DNA of 63,515 nucleotides, counting the filler, from Intoshia linei (taxonomy: Eukaryota; Animalia; Orthonectida), in NCBI GenBank assembly GCA_001642005.1. It is 4 parts of 4 records of this genome, joined end to end, with 100 filler letters (N's around TTAATTAATTAA, not from the genome) between each part and the next. Parts side by side here need not be neighbours in the genome. Positions count along the whole stretch, not along the records: positions 1 to 25,140 come from LWCA01000537.1; 3 more parts are not named here. The stretch is one strand, 5' to 3'. The position numbers and the translations under genes are program-made. Position 1 is the first letter of the stretch, and each line of letters begins with the position of its first letter. The notes beneath the pieces are model-generated. The model was not told the origin of the DNA. It did no database searches and saw only the letters and a list, made by a program, of their open reading frames with translations. Below, in pieces: positions 1 through 13,700 of this stretch.

Positions 1-679
1 TATCATATGATAAACTCACCACTCGTTTTATTAAACCACAATCATTTAAAACAGCAATAACAGAATTGGTAATCGTGATACCTTTTCCGTTTGGTTGTTC
101 GACATCAATCAATACAACTTCTAGTCCAGAGTCTATATCCACTATAACGACAGTTAATCTTTCTTTATCGAATTTTCTACCGTCAAAATAAACGTCAACA
201 GATCGAATATCTGCAACGATTAAACGTTATTTATCAAAATATTTTTCTCGTTGTATTTTTCTTCGACGACGTATGGTTTCATGGGATAACTTCATAAAAG
301 AACTAGCTGCTCTATTAGAAACTATTTTAGAATGGCACATTCTCAATGAGATTAAATTATCAGATATTTCACATTTTCATCACTATAATCATTTGTATGC
401 GATATTTCAGATAAGTAAGTTCTTATCATTCTATCAAAATATATATAGTCTATTTCTATCATAGCTTCCACTTTGCCCTTCGAAATAAATATTTTGTTAA
501 CTTAGTTGTTCCTTTGTTTTATTTAATTTAAGGGGTTTTTTATACAAATGAGGTTTATTGAAAGAGCTACCCATCGATCCAATTCCTTTTCTTTGTACTT
601 CTATGAATTTCATATCCTCATATAACGCCATACGTTGATCCAATTTAGTGCATTCAAATAGATTATCGAGATTATTCAT
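1..679 (-). pseudogene. Degenerate DDE transposase, N-terminal half (hATm-like 'HWDGK...FDTT' family); continues off the window
   Basis: Minus strand reads EDMKFIEVQRKGIGSMG ... VSNRAASSFMKLSHETIRRRRKIQREKYFDK*RLIVADIRSVDVYFDGRKFDKERLTVVIV...NGKGITITNSVIAVLNDCGLIKRVVSLSYD. In-frame stops are present. Family assignment is from motif memory. Confidence 0.7.
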
Positions 680-1859
680 ACAAATTAAGATTAATTATGT
701 ATTAACAACTAATTATGATTGATAGAATGCACTTTTAATTTTAATTCCATCTGAGTATATTGAACGAAAATATATTAATTTGTTAATTTTCAATTTAAAT
801 CAGATTCCAATATTGTATATCCACTAACCATCTAGGGTGGGCGTTCCATATTAATATTTTTAACATAAAAACAGTATTGTAGATGTCTAGATGAATGACA
901 ATATGCAAATTCATATACTGACAATAAAAAGGGATGCTCGTTAGATTTGCCAATTATTTAAAATCTGAATAAATTGAAGTAAAACTGGTATAAATTGATG
1001 TACAATAAAAAAATATGTATAACTTGTACTTTAATACTTATACTTTACTAATACTTTAAACTTATGTTTATTTTATATAAAATTCCACAAGAAAATGTGG
1101 AACTTTAAATGGAGCCTGCACNCACATTCTGAAATTATCAGATATTTTACATTTTCATCACTATAATTATTTATACATGTATGAGATGTTTCAGATAAGT
1201 AATTTCTAATCAGTCTATCAAAATATATATAGTCATTTCTACCATAGCTTCTACTTTGCCCTTTGAAATAAATATTTTGTTGGCTTAGTTGTTCCTTTGT
1301 TTTATTTAATTTAAGGGGTCTTTTATACAAATGAGGTTTATTGGAAAAGCTACCTGTCAATCAAATTCCTTTTCTTTGTACTTCTATGAATTTTATATCC
1401 TCATATAATGCCCTACTTGATCCAATTTAGTGCATTCAAATAGATTATCGAGATTATTTATACAAATTAAGATTAATTGTATTAACAACTAATTATGATT
1501 GACATTAACACTCTTAATTTTAATTCTAAGTATTTTGAACGAAAATATATTAATTTTTTAATTTTCAATTTAAATCAGATAACAATATTATATATCCACT
1601 AACCATCTAGGGCGGGCGTTCCATATTAATATTTTTAACATAAAAACAGTATTGTAGATGTCTAGATAACTGGCAATATACAAATTCATATACTGACAAT
1701 AAAAAGCGATGCTCGTTAGATTTTCCAAGTATTTAAAATCGTAATAAATTGAAATAAAACTGGTAAAAATTGATGTATAACTTGTAAAATACTTTAAACT
1801 TATGTTTATTTTATATAAAATTCCACAAGAAAATGTGGAACTTTAAATGGAGCCTGCAC
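337..1859. repeat. Tandem duplication (337-1121 and 1123-1859) of the transposon 5' region, joined at a single N (1122)
   Basis: Two similar but non-identical copies running from cacattct... to ...ggagcctgcac. Confidence 0.9.
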
Positions 1860-2113
1860 AGAGATTTGCGTATAAAAACAATTTTTTTTAACGAATGAAT
1901 TATATAAATTGGTATACGCATATAATTATTGCTAAGCACATTAAAATTGTGAATATGTGTGACACCATAGTGTACATTTTCAAAAACCGGACCCGTAAAA
2001 TTTGATATAAAAAAGTGGTCAGCGAGATGCAAAAGGTTGCCGATCCTTGTTTTAAAGTTATGATATAAATATGATATTCAATCAAGTTGGAATTTTGTTA
2101 GATTTTTTTAAAA

Positions 2114-2627
2114 ATGGGTTACTTATACAGTGTCTACTCCAGTTTTTCTCATAACCTATATCGCGTAAGTTTAAGAAAGTGTATAAATAAATATTTATTA
2201 TACATATTGTATAATTTTAGCGAAAATTATCAAATCAAGTCAACGCTCCGACGGTACATGGCGCCCAGAAATTGAGATTAAAGCAGGTTATATACCCAAA
2301 GAAGAAGCAGAAGTGTAGATTAAAAAAATTATTCAAGTTAATATTTTCTTTTAGATATACACCAAAAGGAATTGAAGCGAATTTAAAAAACCATGAAAAA
2401 GCTGGTATTAATGTATTATAATTCATATTAATTGTTCAGTTAAAAGTTCGAATACTATTGTTTTAACAAATGAACTATGCGTCGGTCGTTCCGATCTAGT
2501 CATTCAAAACAAAACTCAAAAAGTGAAAAAATCAAAAAAGGCTGAGCAACCAAATTATAGTAATATATTTTCTAAACCAACTACGCAAAAGAAAAAAAAG
2601 AAAAATAAACAAAAGCATAAAAAATGA
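2114..2627 (+). CDS. PYM1: Partner of Y14 and Mago (PYM/WIBG), short form of about 111 aa
   Basis: Exons 2114-2117, 2221-2314, 2355-2404, 2440-2627 give MAKIIKSSQRSDGTWRPEIEIKAGYIPKEEAEVYTPKG...KKKKKNKQKHKK*, with the Mago-binding motif QRxDGTWR...GYxPxEE. First exon is the least certain. Confidence 0.85.
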
Positions 2628-2708
2628 TATCAAATGTATTATCCTATAGATAATTTTGTTGTTTAAATTTTTTAATTTTGATTGTTTTAATAATGTATTC
2701 ATCTACAT

Positions 2709-3401
2709 CAGTGGTTCCTTTTTCCAAAATGAACCACTTGTCACAAAAAAATCCTTTTTAATTCTGAACGTGTCACTAAGGTAATATTTATATTTTTTTT
2801 ATATATTCCTCCTTAAATCGAAAATTTGATATTTATTTTGACACGATAGCTTTAACGGCGTAATTAAAAAAATTATTAATTTTAAACATACTTATTGCGA
2901 TTAGCAGTACCGAACCTACCGTATCCGAGATCCTTCTACCGAGGGATCTAGGGATCTAAAATATTTTTAAAATGGCTTTAATTTACAAAATTGACCATTA
3001 AAAAAATTATTGAATATCAACTAATTTGTCTGTTAATTTAAAATGTCAACTCAAGTCTTAGAGAGGTGGATAGGTTATATAAAATTTTTTAAGCAACTTT
3101 TTCATTTTAAGAGTGGCCACGAGCTTGCTAGGTTCGATTCTGGGAAATACTATCAAACTAAGTTAAATCGTTATATATATTAAATTTAACGCACGTAAAA
3201 ATTATTCAAGTTATAATAACAGTTATTCCGTAAATTTTCACTTCATTTTAATAAAATGTTTACCTTTATAATAAATGATCTATGATTAATAATATTATTT
3301 AAAAAAAACTTATCTTCATTTTATTTAAAATTTTTATTGTGGATTACCTAGAATTTCCGGTGGACCACCAGTAGTCTATGTGGACCAGTTTGGGAACACT
3401 G
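2709..3401. mobile_element. hAT-type MITE with a second small element (ccgaacctac...ggttcga family) inside
   Basis: TIRs cagtggttcc / gggaacactg and 8-bp TSD atctacat / atctacgt. The inner element (~2907-3142) recurs at ~35147-35382 and ~44905-45160. Confidence 0.8.
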
Positions 3402-3427
3402 ATCTACGTATTTTTAATTAAATTTAA

Positions 3428-5510
3428 TTACATTCCATATATTCTGTACAAAATAATTATTATTCCAGTATGAAAAAAATAATTTATGATTATATTAAAA
3501 AGGACGACGTAATAAAACTTGGTCTCGCACCAAGCATTAGGATTGTTCACTGTTATATCAGCATTCGGAAACCATATGCTAAAAGTTAAATATTGTCCAT
3601 ATATTAACAACCCTAAATGTTTTTATTGTTATATTTAAATTTATAATTTACTAGCTTGGCTGTTTTGTACTTCGTACAAAAAGCATCTAGCTATTCGGAC
3701 TATTTTAATTTTACCAAAAAAATAAAATTTTACATAAAAATGTTACTATTCACTATTATCAATATTTTAAAGGAATGGTTTCCAAAATACAAATGGTGTT
3801 AAGACAATTTTTTATTTGTAAATTTTAGGACCATTATAATTAATTAAAATATTAAAGATTTGTGCTCTGAAATCCTCTTTAAAATTTTCATACAAAAATA
3901 TTTCCATAAAAACCATCTTTTAAATTTGGTACCAAAAATTTTTTAAATTGATAGCAATCGAATGTGTGATACGTTTATTTTATAATATTTTTTTCCTAGA
4001 ATTTACAAGCAGTAGCAAGCTTTACCAAGGGCGAATTTTTCTAATTTGACCCTAAAAAATTAAATTCAATCTTAACTCTTTCAAAGCTGAATTAACTATA
4101 TACGACTTAAAAAATATATTAACCTTATAAATTGGTAAAATTATTAAAACTAAAGATATGTAGAATAATTTTAAAAAAAATAATTAATCACCGTTTTCCT
4201 GAATTGAGTTTTCACATGAATCTTATTTTTTATTATATATTATAAAATTTAAAATTCTTTACGCAAATGTTAACAAAAATAAATTAAGATAGAATAATTC
4301 ACTTTAAAGTAAAAAGTAATGTAATATGACGGTTTCACCTGAAACAAATTTGGGAACCACTTCTTTAAAGGATTGATAATACTGAATAGTAGAATTTTTA
4401 AGTTAGATTTTCAACATGAATTTATTTTTTTGGTAGAATAAAAATGTACCCTCGGCAGAGCTAGGCGCTGTTTGTACGTAGTACATAACAGTCAACCTAG
4501 TCTTTTATAATCCCTTTACCTGTTAAAACTAAATTTATGAAGAAAACAAAAATAATGGTTGTTTTATCAATTTGTTCTTGAACATCCATTAAAATTTTAA
4601 AATTTACAATCTTTAGCCTTGTTTTTATCCATATTGCAGCATGAATTATGTGACAACTACAAATAACTAAATTTATTTAATTAATTACAATACAAAAAAT
4701 TATCTTTTCTGGACCTATTAAGTAAATCGGTAAGAATGGCTGTTTGGGACATTCCTGCATTTTTGATATTCCTAGATTCTGTAATGTTATTTTATTAAAA
4801 ATCGTTCACTTTGCTTCAATTATATAATTAAAGTATAAATCAGTCATTCCATCGTGGTTCTGTGATCCTGGAAAATGTTTGGCCCAAAAATTTTAAACGA
4901 AAACTAAATAATTATTATTATAATTAAATGTGATTTGAACTTTAAATTTTGTATATGTATGGTCCATACGGTATGGAGTCCATATATTCTATATACTATG
5001 GTCCTATATTCTTGTAAAGTTAGTAAGCTCATGCAGAAATGGAAAAAATTGCATTATACCGATGAATCTTTTATTTTCTTTTCATTATCGAATATCTTTA
5101 ACATTAATTCGAAGAATATTTGCATGCTTTCGTTTTATTAACAATACTGTTTGTCAAACGCTTCATGATATAGTACAACTAGGGCCGCGAAGAGCCAACA
5201 GTGAACCCTGAATACAACCATTTCCAAAGTGAGACGAAAGAATAATTTGAAAAAAATATATTTTTGTAGAATATACATAACGATGCAACTTTTTATTTTT
5301 AAATTATTTTAATTGCATTAGATCAAAAGGTTAGGAATGTCTGGTTTAACATGTAAATATTACCGTAAAATAAAAGAAAAACATTAACAATCACTAGAAA
5401 ATATAACACAATCGCAAATTTAGCTAGTTTAAAGTTAGATAAATTTTTTAAATATTACTGGAAACGATGAGCTTAATCATTTTCTCTTTACGGTCTTCTC
5501 TTTCTGACAT
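3428..5510 (-). CDS. TMEM272-like four-pass membrane protein
   Basis: Spliced translation MSEREDRKEKMIKLIVS-TKFAIVLYFLVIVNVFLLFY-GISKMQECPKQPFLPIYLIG...-CHIIHAAIW...NLVLT-GLLIYGQYLTFSIWFPN...WCETKFYYVVLFNIII. CPxQPxLPIYLI and WCxxxFY are typical of TMEM272. 5' exon structure is uncertain. Confidence 0.7.
3651..4500. mobile_element. Element bounded by two inverted Helitron-like 3' ends (A|CTAG...CTAG|T), in a TMEM272 intron
   Basis: Left end ctagcttggctgttttgtac-ttc-gtacaaaa (hairpin); right end tgtttgtac-gta-gtacataaca-gtcaacctag. Confidence 0.75.
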
Positions 5511-6174
5511 GTTAAAATAAACTATGATTTAAAAACAGCCTGATGGAAAATTGAGATAACGATAATATCACAGGTATTATATCTATAATGCAATTTACAA
5601 TTATAATTTAAAAATCCATTAGTAAATGATACGATTTTGGCTAATGTTAATAAAAATTTATCTTAATTATGTATGTTTTTTGCCAAGTATTGTCGGTTAC
5701 GGTGTATCAGTTTAATTTCAATTTAAATTAATCAATCTTTAGGTGACACGTAATATACGGTAAAAGTAAAACTCAATTATACAGTACAAATAGACATGAC
5801 TAAAAATTCAAATTAAAGGATCCAATTCTTTTACTGTATTTTCCACTTGTTGCAATTAAGTCAATTATTTTACAATTTTTAAATCACACTATATTACACA
5901 CAATGGACAACATCCTGTTATATAGTTTCCAAAGACATTAATTCCAGCTTCTTGTAAGTGTAATTTAAAATTATGTAAAAACTAATTTATTACAAGATTA
6001 AAAGTAATTTAAAATGACCCCAAAAATACGTAATATAATTTTTAGTTTATTTGAATCCATTTTAAACCAACAATTTTTGTTCCTCAATCCTCCTTAATTT
6101 AGTGTTGACTTTATTACGAAATGCAAAAGGTATTCAAATTGTATGAATAAACATAATTTATTAAAAACAAAATT

Positions 6175-7234
6175 CTATACAATGGCAACTTCTTTCATGA
6201 CTTGATTCATTTCGTCCTCTTGATTACAAATTTCTTTAACAAATCTCAAGGCAAACTCCATTGCACATCCCGGAGATCGTCCGGTAATATAATTACCACA
6301 AACAACCACAGCTTCATCTTCATAAAGGTAATCTATAATATAATCAACTAGTCAATGGCAAATTCAAAACCTTTCTTAAATTTATCAGATAAGGAAGGAT
6401 AGCAAGTAATTTTTGAATTTTTAAACAAATCAAATTCTTTGAGAACAAGTGGACCTAACAAATTATTTAAATAATTTTTGAATAATAATTACATAATATT
6501 AATGTTCAGTTTAATTGTTTTATTATTACATATTATTATTTTATTGTACATATTATTTATACAGTGTTTAAATTAATGTTAAATCGCGTAGCATATTATA
6601 TAAGTAAAGATAGTACAACATTAAAATACAATGTAGTAGATAATTAATTTTTTTATTAACAAAAAATTGGTTATAAATTACTTTTCGTAGACATGAAGTT
6701 TTATTGTAGTTTAAATTCAGTTTTAATTAATTCTGGCGTAATCCTAGTTCTATGAAAAGACGTGAAAAACCCCACAGCAGAAAATAATCTTTAAAACCTG
6801 ATTTCAACAATTAATAATTTTTTAAAATCAGTTTATTCTTAAAGGTACTGAGTTTTGAAACTCAAAAAAATCCAATAACTCAGTGAAAGTAAAACTAAGT
6901 ATTTTTACTGCAAGGTAAGTTAAAATTAACAATATTATACATTGATGTTTTCAATGGTTTTCATTTTTCTATTTTGTCTATTAATATTAGGTAAAGTCTC
7001 CATATTGGTAAAGTGGAGAGAACACTATACCGTTGCTTATTAAAAAAACTTAAAAATATACAGACTAATAATAGAGAAATAAAAAGAAATGTCTTACACG
7101 TAGTGTCGTAGCAATTAAATATTCTGCCTTAATTTGAATCTGTTTTAACTAATTAAATTTAAACCTGCACAAATAGCTCCAATTTTCTTAAAAGCTTCTT
7201 TATGTATAGTTAGAAATGTTTTGAACAAAGAAGA
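6175..7234 (-). CDS. PARK7: DJ-1/PARK7 family protein, last three exons only
   Basis: SSLFKTFLTIHKEAFKKIGAICA-GPLVLKEFDLFKNSKITCYPSLSDKFKK-DYLYEDEAVVVCGNYITGRSPGCAMEFALRFVKEI...*. The catalytic AICAGP is intact. 5' exons were not found before the N join at 9116. Confidence 0.88.
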
Positions 7235-7756
7235 CTAAAATATAAATTATATCATTTAACTAGCTCGTCTTTTTTTACTATAAACAAACAGTAGTTAACT
7301 GACGAGGGCGTACATTTCAAGATGTATTACTTGTTAATTTTACTCATAAAAAATATTCATGTTTCTGGAAAATCGTATTAACTTAAGATGTACAGGCAAT
7401 ATTGACAATAAAGATAGGTAAGTCATGTTTCGTTTAATAAATAATTTTTTTTTGATTAGTACTTAATTTTCACAATCTTTTGTTATATTTTTAATATGCG
7501 TGGGAAAATTGAAAATAATTATTAGTGTCAAATATTTTCGGCGTTAATTTTATAGTCAATTCAAATTTACATTCGGCTTGTTTCATAAAAGAAGGCGGAT
7601 TTTGTCAATCTTTCAAAAGATTGGCAAATCTGAGAAAGATTTTGGCTTACATCTTTACTAATATAAGTCAAATGAAATAAAATGGTGAAAATTTCTTAGT
7701 ATCAATCTTTATCAATTCAAACATCGACAATCTGGACAGTCTAACCCTAGTCTAAA

Positions 7757-8693
7757 CGAGGGGTGCCAGGGGCGGATCAAAGAGGCTAGTTAATAGGGTG
7801 CGAACGATTTGAGCAATATATTTAACTTCGCCAAAGGCGAAAGAATTTTTTAGGGTCGTCTACTTTGATTTTAAAGCGTCTCTTTTAATTTCATTTAAAA
7901 GTTGTTATACAATAGTTTCCAAATTTGTATTTTTTCGCAAAAATAAAAAAAATGATCAGCAAAAAGAGAAATTAATTTTGTTTATTAAATAATCCTAAAT
8001 CAATTAGGTCCAGTCTTCTTGGATGAAATATTGCAAATTCATTAACATAACTTTCAATATCAAAATTATAATATTAGTGGAAATTCATGAGGGCCAGTCC
8101 ACATAGACGATTACCAGTCATTGTTGATCTTAAAAAATTTGAAAATAAAATGCAATATTTGAATAATCCCACCTCCATTATTTATTTCAGAGTAGCACAG
8201 CCATGAATATTTATCAAGCCAGTCTATTTTGAAAGACCTATTATTCAATTTCTTGAAACCATATAAGGCCTCAAGTCACATGATCAATTGTTCATGTAAT
8301 GACATGTAATGTTATGCGCCATCTATAGTTTTTATAAATTAAAAACTTCAGTTATTTTACAAAACATAAATTAAAAATTTAGGGGTGCAACTGCATCTTC
8401 TGCACCCCCTTGAATCCACCCCTGGGTGCACAACCTTTCCTTCAATTCAGCCGCAAAGCTACTTTACTCATTTATACTACTGCCGCACAAAATTTAATTT
8501 GACATTGATAGTTATAAATTTAAATGAATGGATTTAAATTAAATCCATCTTGAGAAAATGGGCAAAGTCAAAAATTTAACATTTTGATAAAAATATTTCC
8601 CTTGAATTTGAATTAAAATAATATATTGCATTATAATGACATGGATTGCCCACAGCCGCATGCAGTCGTAAGGCCGCAGATTGTGCACTCCTG
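7757..8693. mobile_element. Nested MITEs: inner element 7767-8424 inserted into the left TIR of an outer hAT-like MITE
   Basis: Inner TIRs caggggcggat / atccacccctg with ggtgc duplicated on both sides. Outer ends gggtgc[..]acaac / ttgtgcactcctg. Confidence 0.75.
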
Positions 8694-9116
8694 CCTTATA
8701 CACTTTAGTTGTTTTTTTACATGAAATTATACAAAAGCTGATAAGCTACAAAGCTGAAAAAGTACGTATTTTTATAAGTACTAAATACGTACTCCATAAA
8801 TACCATAGATAATTTTAGTCAATTTTACTTGTAATTTTTCACTTTCTTAATAAAGTGAAGTTTTAATAAATTTATATTTTATAAAAACACACCTTATATC
8901 GTTTAATTTGGATCACTTCAAATTTGTGAATTATGTAAAAAAATAATTTGCAATGATTAATACCAATAAAATTAACATTTATATTTCATATTTTAAATTG
9001 TTAGAACTTTCAAATCAAATTTTATTGTTCTTTTTGTTTTTAAGACATTTCGAAAAGTACTTATTTAGTATTTATAAAATCTGGACACTCTAGATAAGCT
9101 AAATGTCAAAAATTTN

Positions 9117-9510
9117 ATAACAATATTATATATCCACTAACCATCTAGGGCGGGCGTTCCATATTAATATTTTTAACATAAAAACAGTATTGTAGATGTC
9201 TAGATAACTGGCAATATACAAATTCATATACTGACAATAAAAAGCGATGCTCGTTAGATTTTCCAAGTATTTAAAATCGTAATAAATTGAAATAAAACTG
9301 GTAAAAATTGATGTATAACTTGTAAAATACTTTAAACTTATGTTTATTTTATATAAAATTCCACAAGAAAATGTGGAACTTTAAATGGAGCCTGCACGGA
9401 GATCTGTGTATAAAAACAATTTTTTTTAACGAATTAATTATATAAATTGGTATAAGCATATAACTATTGCTAAGCACATTAAAATTGTGAATATGTGTGA
9501 CACCCTAATT
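9117..9510. repeat. Third, near-identical copy of ~1579-1970 (transposon 5' end), starting right after the N at 9116
   Basis: Direct match ataacaatattatatatccactaaccatctagggcgggcg...gtgtgacacc. Confidence 0.9.
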
Positions 9511-9619
9511 TACATGTATTCCATTTATCCATTATTCATTTAAATTAAACTCCCTATATAATTACCTTATTCTAAATTCATTAGTTAAATGGATTTTGTA
9601 TCACCTGATAGTATTACGG

Positions 9620-9830
9620 ATGGACATCTATAATGTTTGGTAGTCCAGTGGACCTTCTCCACCTTTAGCAGTGATAATAGCATCATTTCTTTGTTGATAT
9701 CCATTATTTAAACAAAATGTGTAATTTTTGGATATATTTTGCCATTCCCCTTGACAATAAATTTTAATATGTCATATTTTTTGATTTCGCACATTCACAG
9801 CAGATTTATGAACATTCCATACATTTTATA
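9620..9830 (-). pseudogene. Tc1-like transposase C-terminal relic
   Basis: QGEWQNISKNYTFCLNNGYQQRNDAIITAKGG resembles the Tc1 C-terminus (EWxxI...RxxAVIxAKGG). Confidence 0.6.
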
Positions 9831-10763
9831 TTCGGTTCATATTAAATTTGAATTAAAAAAAACCTTTGAACATAAAAAAAAATACATAAAAGTTTAATAA
9901 TAACCGATTTCATTTTTTTTAGATAAATGCTTAAAATCAGAAAAGGTACCTACGTGCAAAATGGTTTTTTCTCATTAAAAAAAGTGGACCCCCTAATATA
10001 CATATTAAAATGTTAAATTAATTAATAGAATTTAACTTTATTTTAGAAACTACATTCAATTTTAAAAAATATAAATTAATCTAAATTTATAAACACAAAA
10101 CTTACTATTCGAGCGTGGCACACAATTTTAAATATTTGTTATGACATTGGTATAAAAAAATAAAAAACCATATCTAACTCAATATTGCTTTATGGTCGTT
10201 TCTATGAAACAGGTGTGTTGGATTCGTTTACCATATTCGGGTATACATTCATTTTTTAAAATATATTTCTTGCTATTTTATTTTGGATTTTAAAGACAGT
10301 TCAATTTTTTATAAAAGGCTTATAAATTGATTAATACATTGTAATAACTTATATTACCATAATTGATGATAAACGATAGTATTATTAATATTTTGCTTAA
10401 AAATTAATATTGGTAAAAACGTAAAAATATTACACAAATAGATTAATATAACAATACATTTTTTTAATTTTAATCCAAAAACATAATATACAAATTCAAT
10501 GTGTTTTGTAAGCATATTCAATGATTAGAAAGTGTTCCGCTATCACAGAAAGTTTGAGCACCGCTGATATAATATATTATATTTTTGGTGCACTAAATTG
10601 TGAATTATGAATTATGTTAAGATTATAAATCATAAATAATATAATAAAATACCAGTACATTATAAAAAAATACATGTCGTTTAATTGTATTACTAATTAT
10701 AGTAGCTACACTATTATATATTTTTTACATTATTAAAAGTTTTCAGTCATTTATAATCCAAAA

Positions 10764-13700
10764 ATGAAAATTCGAATTTATTTTGTAGTTTCTTTGATTT
10801 TAGCTATTCTTGGCATAGTTGGCATCATAATATGTAAAAATTCTATAAAATCCACAATTCATATTATTTTAATTTAGACTATTCTATTCCCAATGAAAAG
10901 CCGCACATATTCGTTATTCTAGCCGACGATATGGGTATTAAATTTTCAGTATTGAGTGTATAATTACGATGAACTTTACATCATAAAAAAATATTTTACC
11001 CTCTATGTTGTTTTTGTAGTGTTGATCAGCCATTTTCACATTCCATTTCCATAGTCATGATATTTTTCTTAGGTGTCACTCATGAAAAAGGTTTAAGTTA
11101 AATTTTAATTATGACTTTAATATTTAGTCAATGAAATCGTAAATATTAATGAAAATATCTAGAAATTTTTTATATAAATAGATCCATTACAATGTATTGT
11201 AACAATATTTGAATATGAATATTAAAATCATTAATATTATGCTCAATAGGATATAATGACATTGGATACAATAACCACAAGGTTATTACACCTCATCTGG
11301 ACAGGTTAGCATCACAAAGTATAATGTTTCAAAATAATTACGTCCAAGCAATGTGTACTCCGTAAATTTTCATTTACATATTTGTTAATTTTTTTAAAAA
11401 ACTTTTGTTTCAATATTAGGGTCTCTGAACGGGTAGAGAAAAACATTTATGAGATTATTATAATAATTAAAATGTTGAAAATATTTTAGGTAAATATTAA
11501 AGCAAGCACTTAACAATTTTTGTGCAAAACCATAATTAAATGTTTATATCATATTTATGCTTATCCAACTAAACGAACCCTTTGACACTGCCTGTTCAGA
11601 GATTTAATTATATTACAGAAGGATAATACATTATACAACTATAATATTAATGTGAAATTTGACAATATACCGTTTAGTTCACGATTTGCATTAATGTCTG
11701 GAATATATCCATTTAAAGCCGGAATGTCTGTAAATATTATATAAATCTAGAAACTAAATATATTACAATTTGGTGATACACTTTATTCTATCAGTCAAAG
11801 TGGAAAGATCGCTAAATGAAATTAAGCATAATTTTTATTTACTGTTTATATTATATAGAAATAAAATTACATTGTATATAGTGTAGAATATACATTGTAA
11901 ATCATTGTATGTAATTTATACATTTTTAATTAGCTTACTTACGTATTGTTTTAGTCAGCCTGATTTAAGTATATACAATACAAAAATATTTATGTATATC
12001 AAAAACTTTGTGCATTATGAAAAATTGATATACGTTAACTATTATAACTAAATACATCTAATATAGACATTAATAAAAAAACTTTATATTATTTCCATCA
12101 CGGTACTACATCGGTTTGATAAATAAGCCTACCTAGTAATTTTGTCAGGATTTAAAAATAAATGTAATACGAATTGACGAATCAATTTAGCATACAGTAG
12201 AAAATGCTCTAAAACCGCATTGTGCTCCATTAAACTACAAATTTGTCCCAGAATATTTAAAAACTAAAGGCTATAAAACTCATCATATTGGAAAGTTTTA
12301 TTAATTAAACCCATTTTCAAAATTTTAGATGGCATCTTGGTTTCTGTCACAAAAATTGCACCGCTATAAAACGCGGATTTGATGAATCTTATGGATTCTA
12401 TAATGGATATTGTGGTTATTATAATCATATAAATGGTAAATCTAAAAAAATGAATATCATTTTAATATTTAGTTAAAAATGGTTATGATTTCAACTTTAA
12501 TAATAAAATTGACAGATCTGCAAATGGTACTCACCTTATGGTATTTATATAATTATTTTATTAATTTAAATATACTAATAGGAATTATTTGATGAATACA
12601 CAAAAAGAACCATTCAAAATCATAAACCCTCACTACCTTTGTTTATGTACTTTGCATACCCAACTCCACACACACCAATAGAATCTGAGTCAAAATTTTA
12701 CAACATGTACAACGAAAGCAAAATGAGCGAGCATCGTAAACATTATTTAGGTAAGCAAAATGAAAAAAACTTTCATATAACATGTAATTAGCTTTAATGA
12801 CATCAATGGACCATTCTGTCGGGAATTTAGTTTCTTCGCTAAAGGCAAAAGGAATGTATCATAACTCAATTATAATATTCATATCCGATGTAATATAAAA
12901 ATACATTAAGGTTTGATTTAATAATTAGAATGGTGGCGAAATTTTTGGGCCTGCCAGCAATTATCCTTATAGAGGTTCAAAATTATCTCTATATGAAGGA
13001 GGAGTTCGATCAACAGCTTTTGTACACTCGCCGTTATATGGTAAAAAACAAAAATATGTATACGGGTAATTATTTTTTATTTGAATTTTATAATATTTTA
13101 AATTTATAACAAATTAATTTCACCCATTAATATTGACTTGTCGGTGGAAACGGTTGCAACTAAAATGTTAATATAAAAATATTTTTTATTAAAATAAACT
13201 AATTGGTTCTTTGGGGTGAAAATCTGCTTCGTTTACCGCACCTTTGTGTCCCGTTAATCTGTAAATAAGTTGTTTTGATTCAGTGTTCCAAACATAGGCA
13301 AAACTATCCCCGCTACCACTAGCTACATAAGTTTCACATGGAGACCACGATACGTGGTATAAATTCTATAATAAAATAATAAAACTCAATTTTAAAATTC
13401 TACTTAAAAATATAAACAAATACAGGTCATTGTGTCTACAAAGTTATAATTACTGTAGATCACATGTTTTTTAATATTTATATATAAATGTGATTCAGTA
13501 CCATAGCATTAGGGTGACAACATATTAAAGAATTAACACTGCATTGTTGCCTCATTACTTGGCCCATTGAATGCTATTACTATCTATTTCATTTATAAAT
13601 ATCATGTAATGTCAGCACACTGGGATTTGGGATTACATAAAATAAATTTACAACACGTAAAATACAGACTTAACAAAGGGTACAAAACGAATTAACAATA

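Noticed and set aside
337-1859. Tandem duplication as a functional gene duplication
   Set aside because: Transposon sequence joined at an N; may be two repeat copies or haplotypes concatenated by the assembler
7235-9116. DJ-1 lacking its N-terminal half
   Set aside because: A single-N join at 9116 followed by repeat sequence makes an assembly break the simpler explanation
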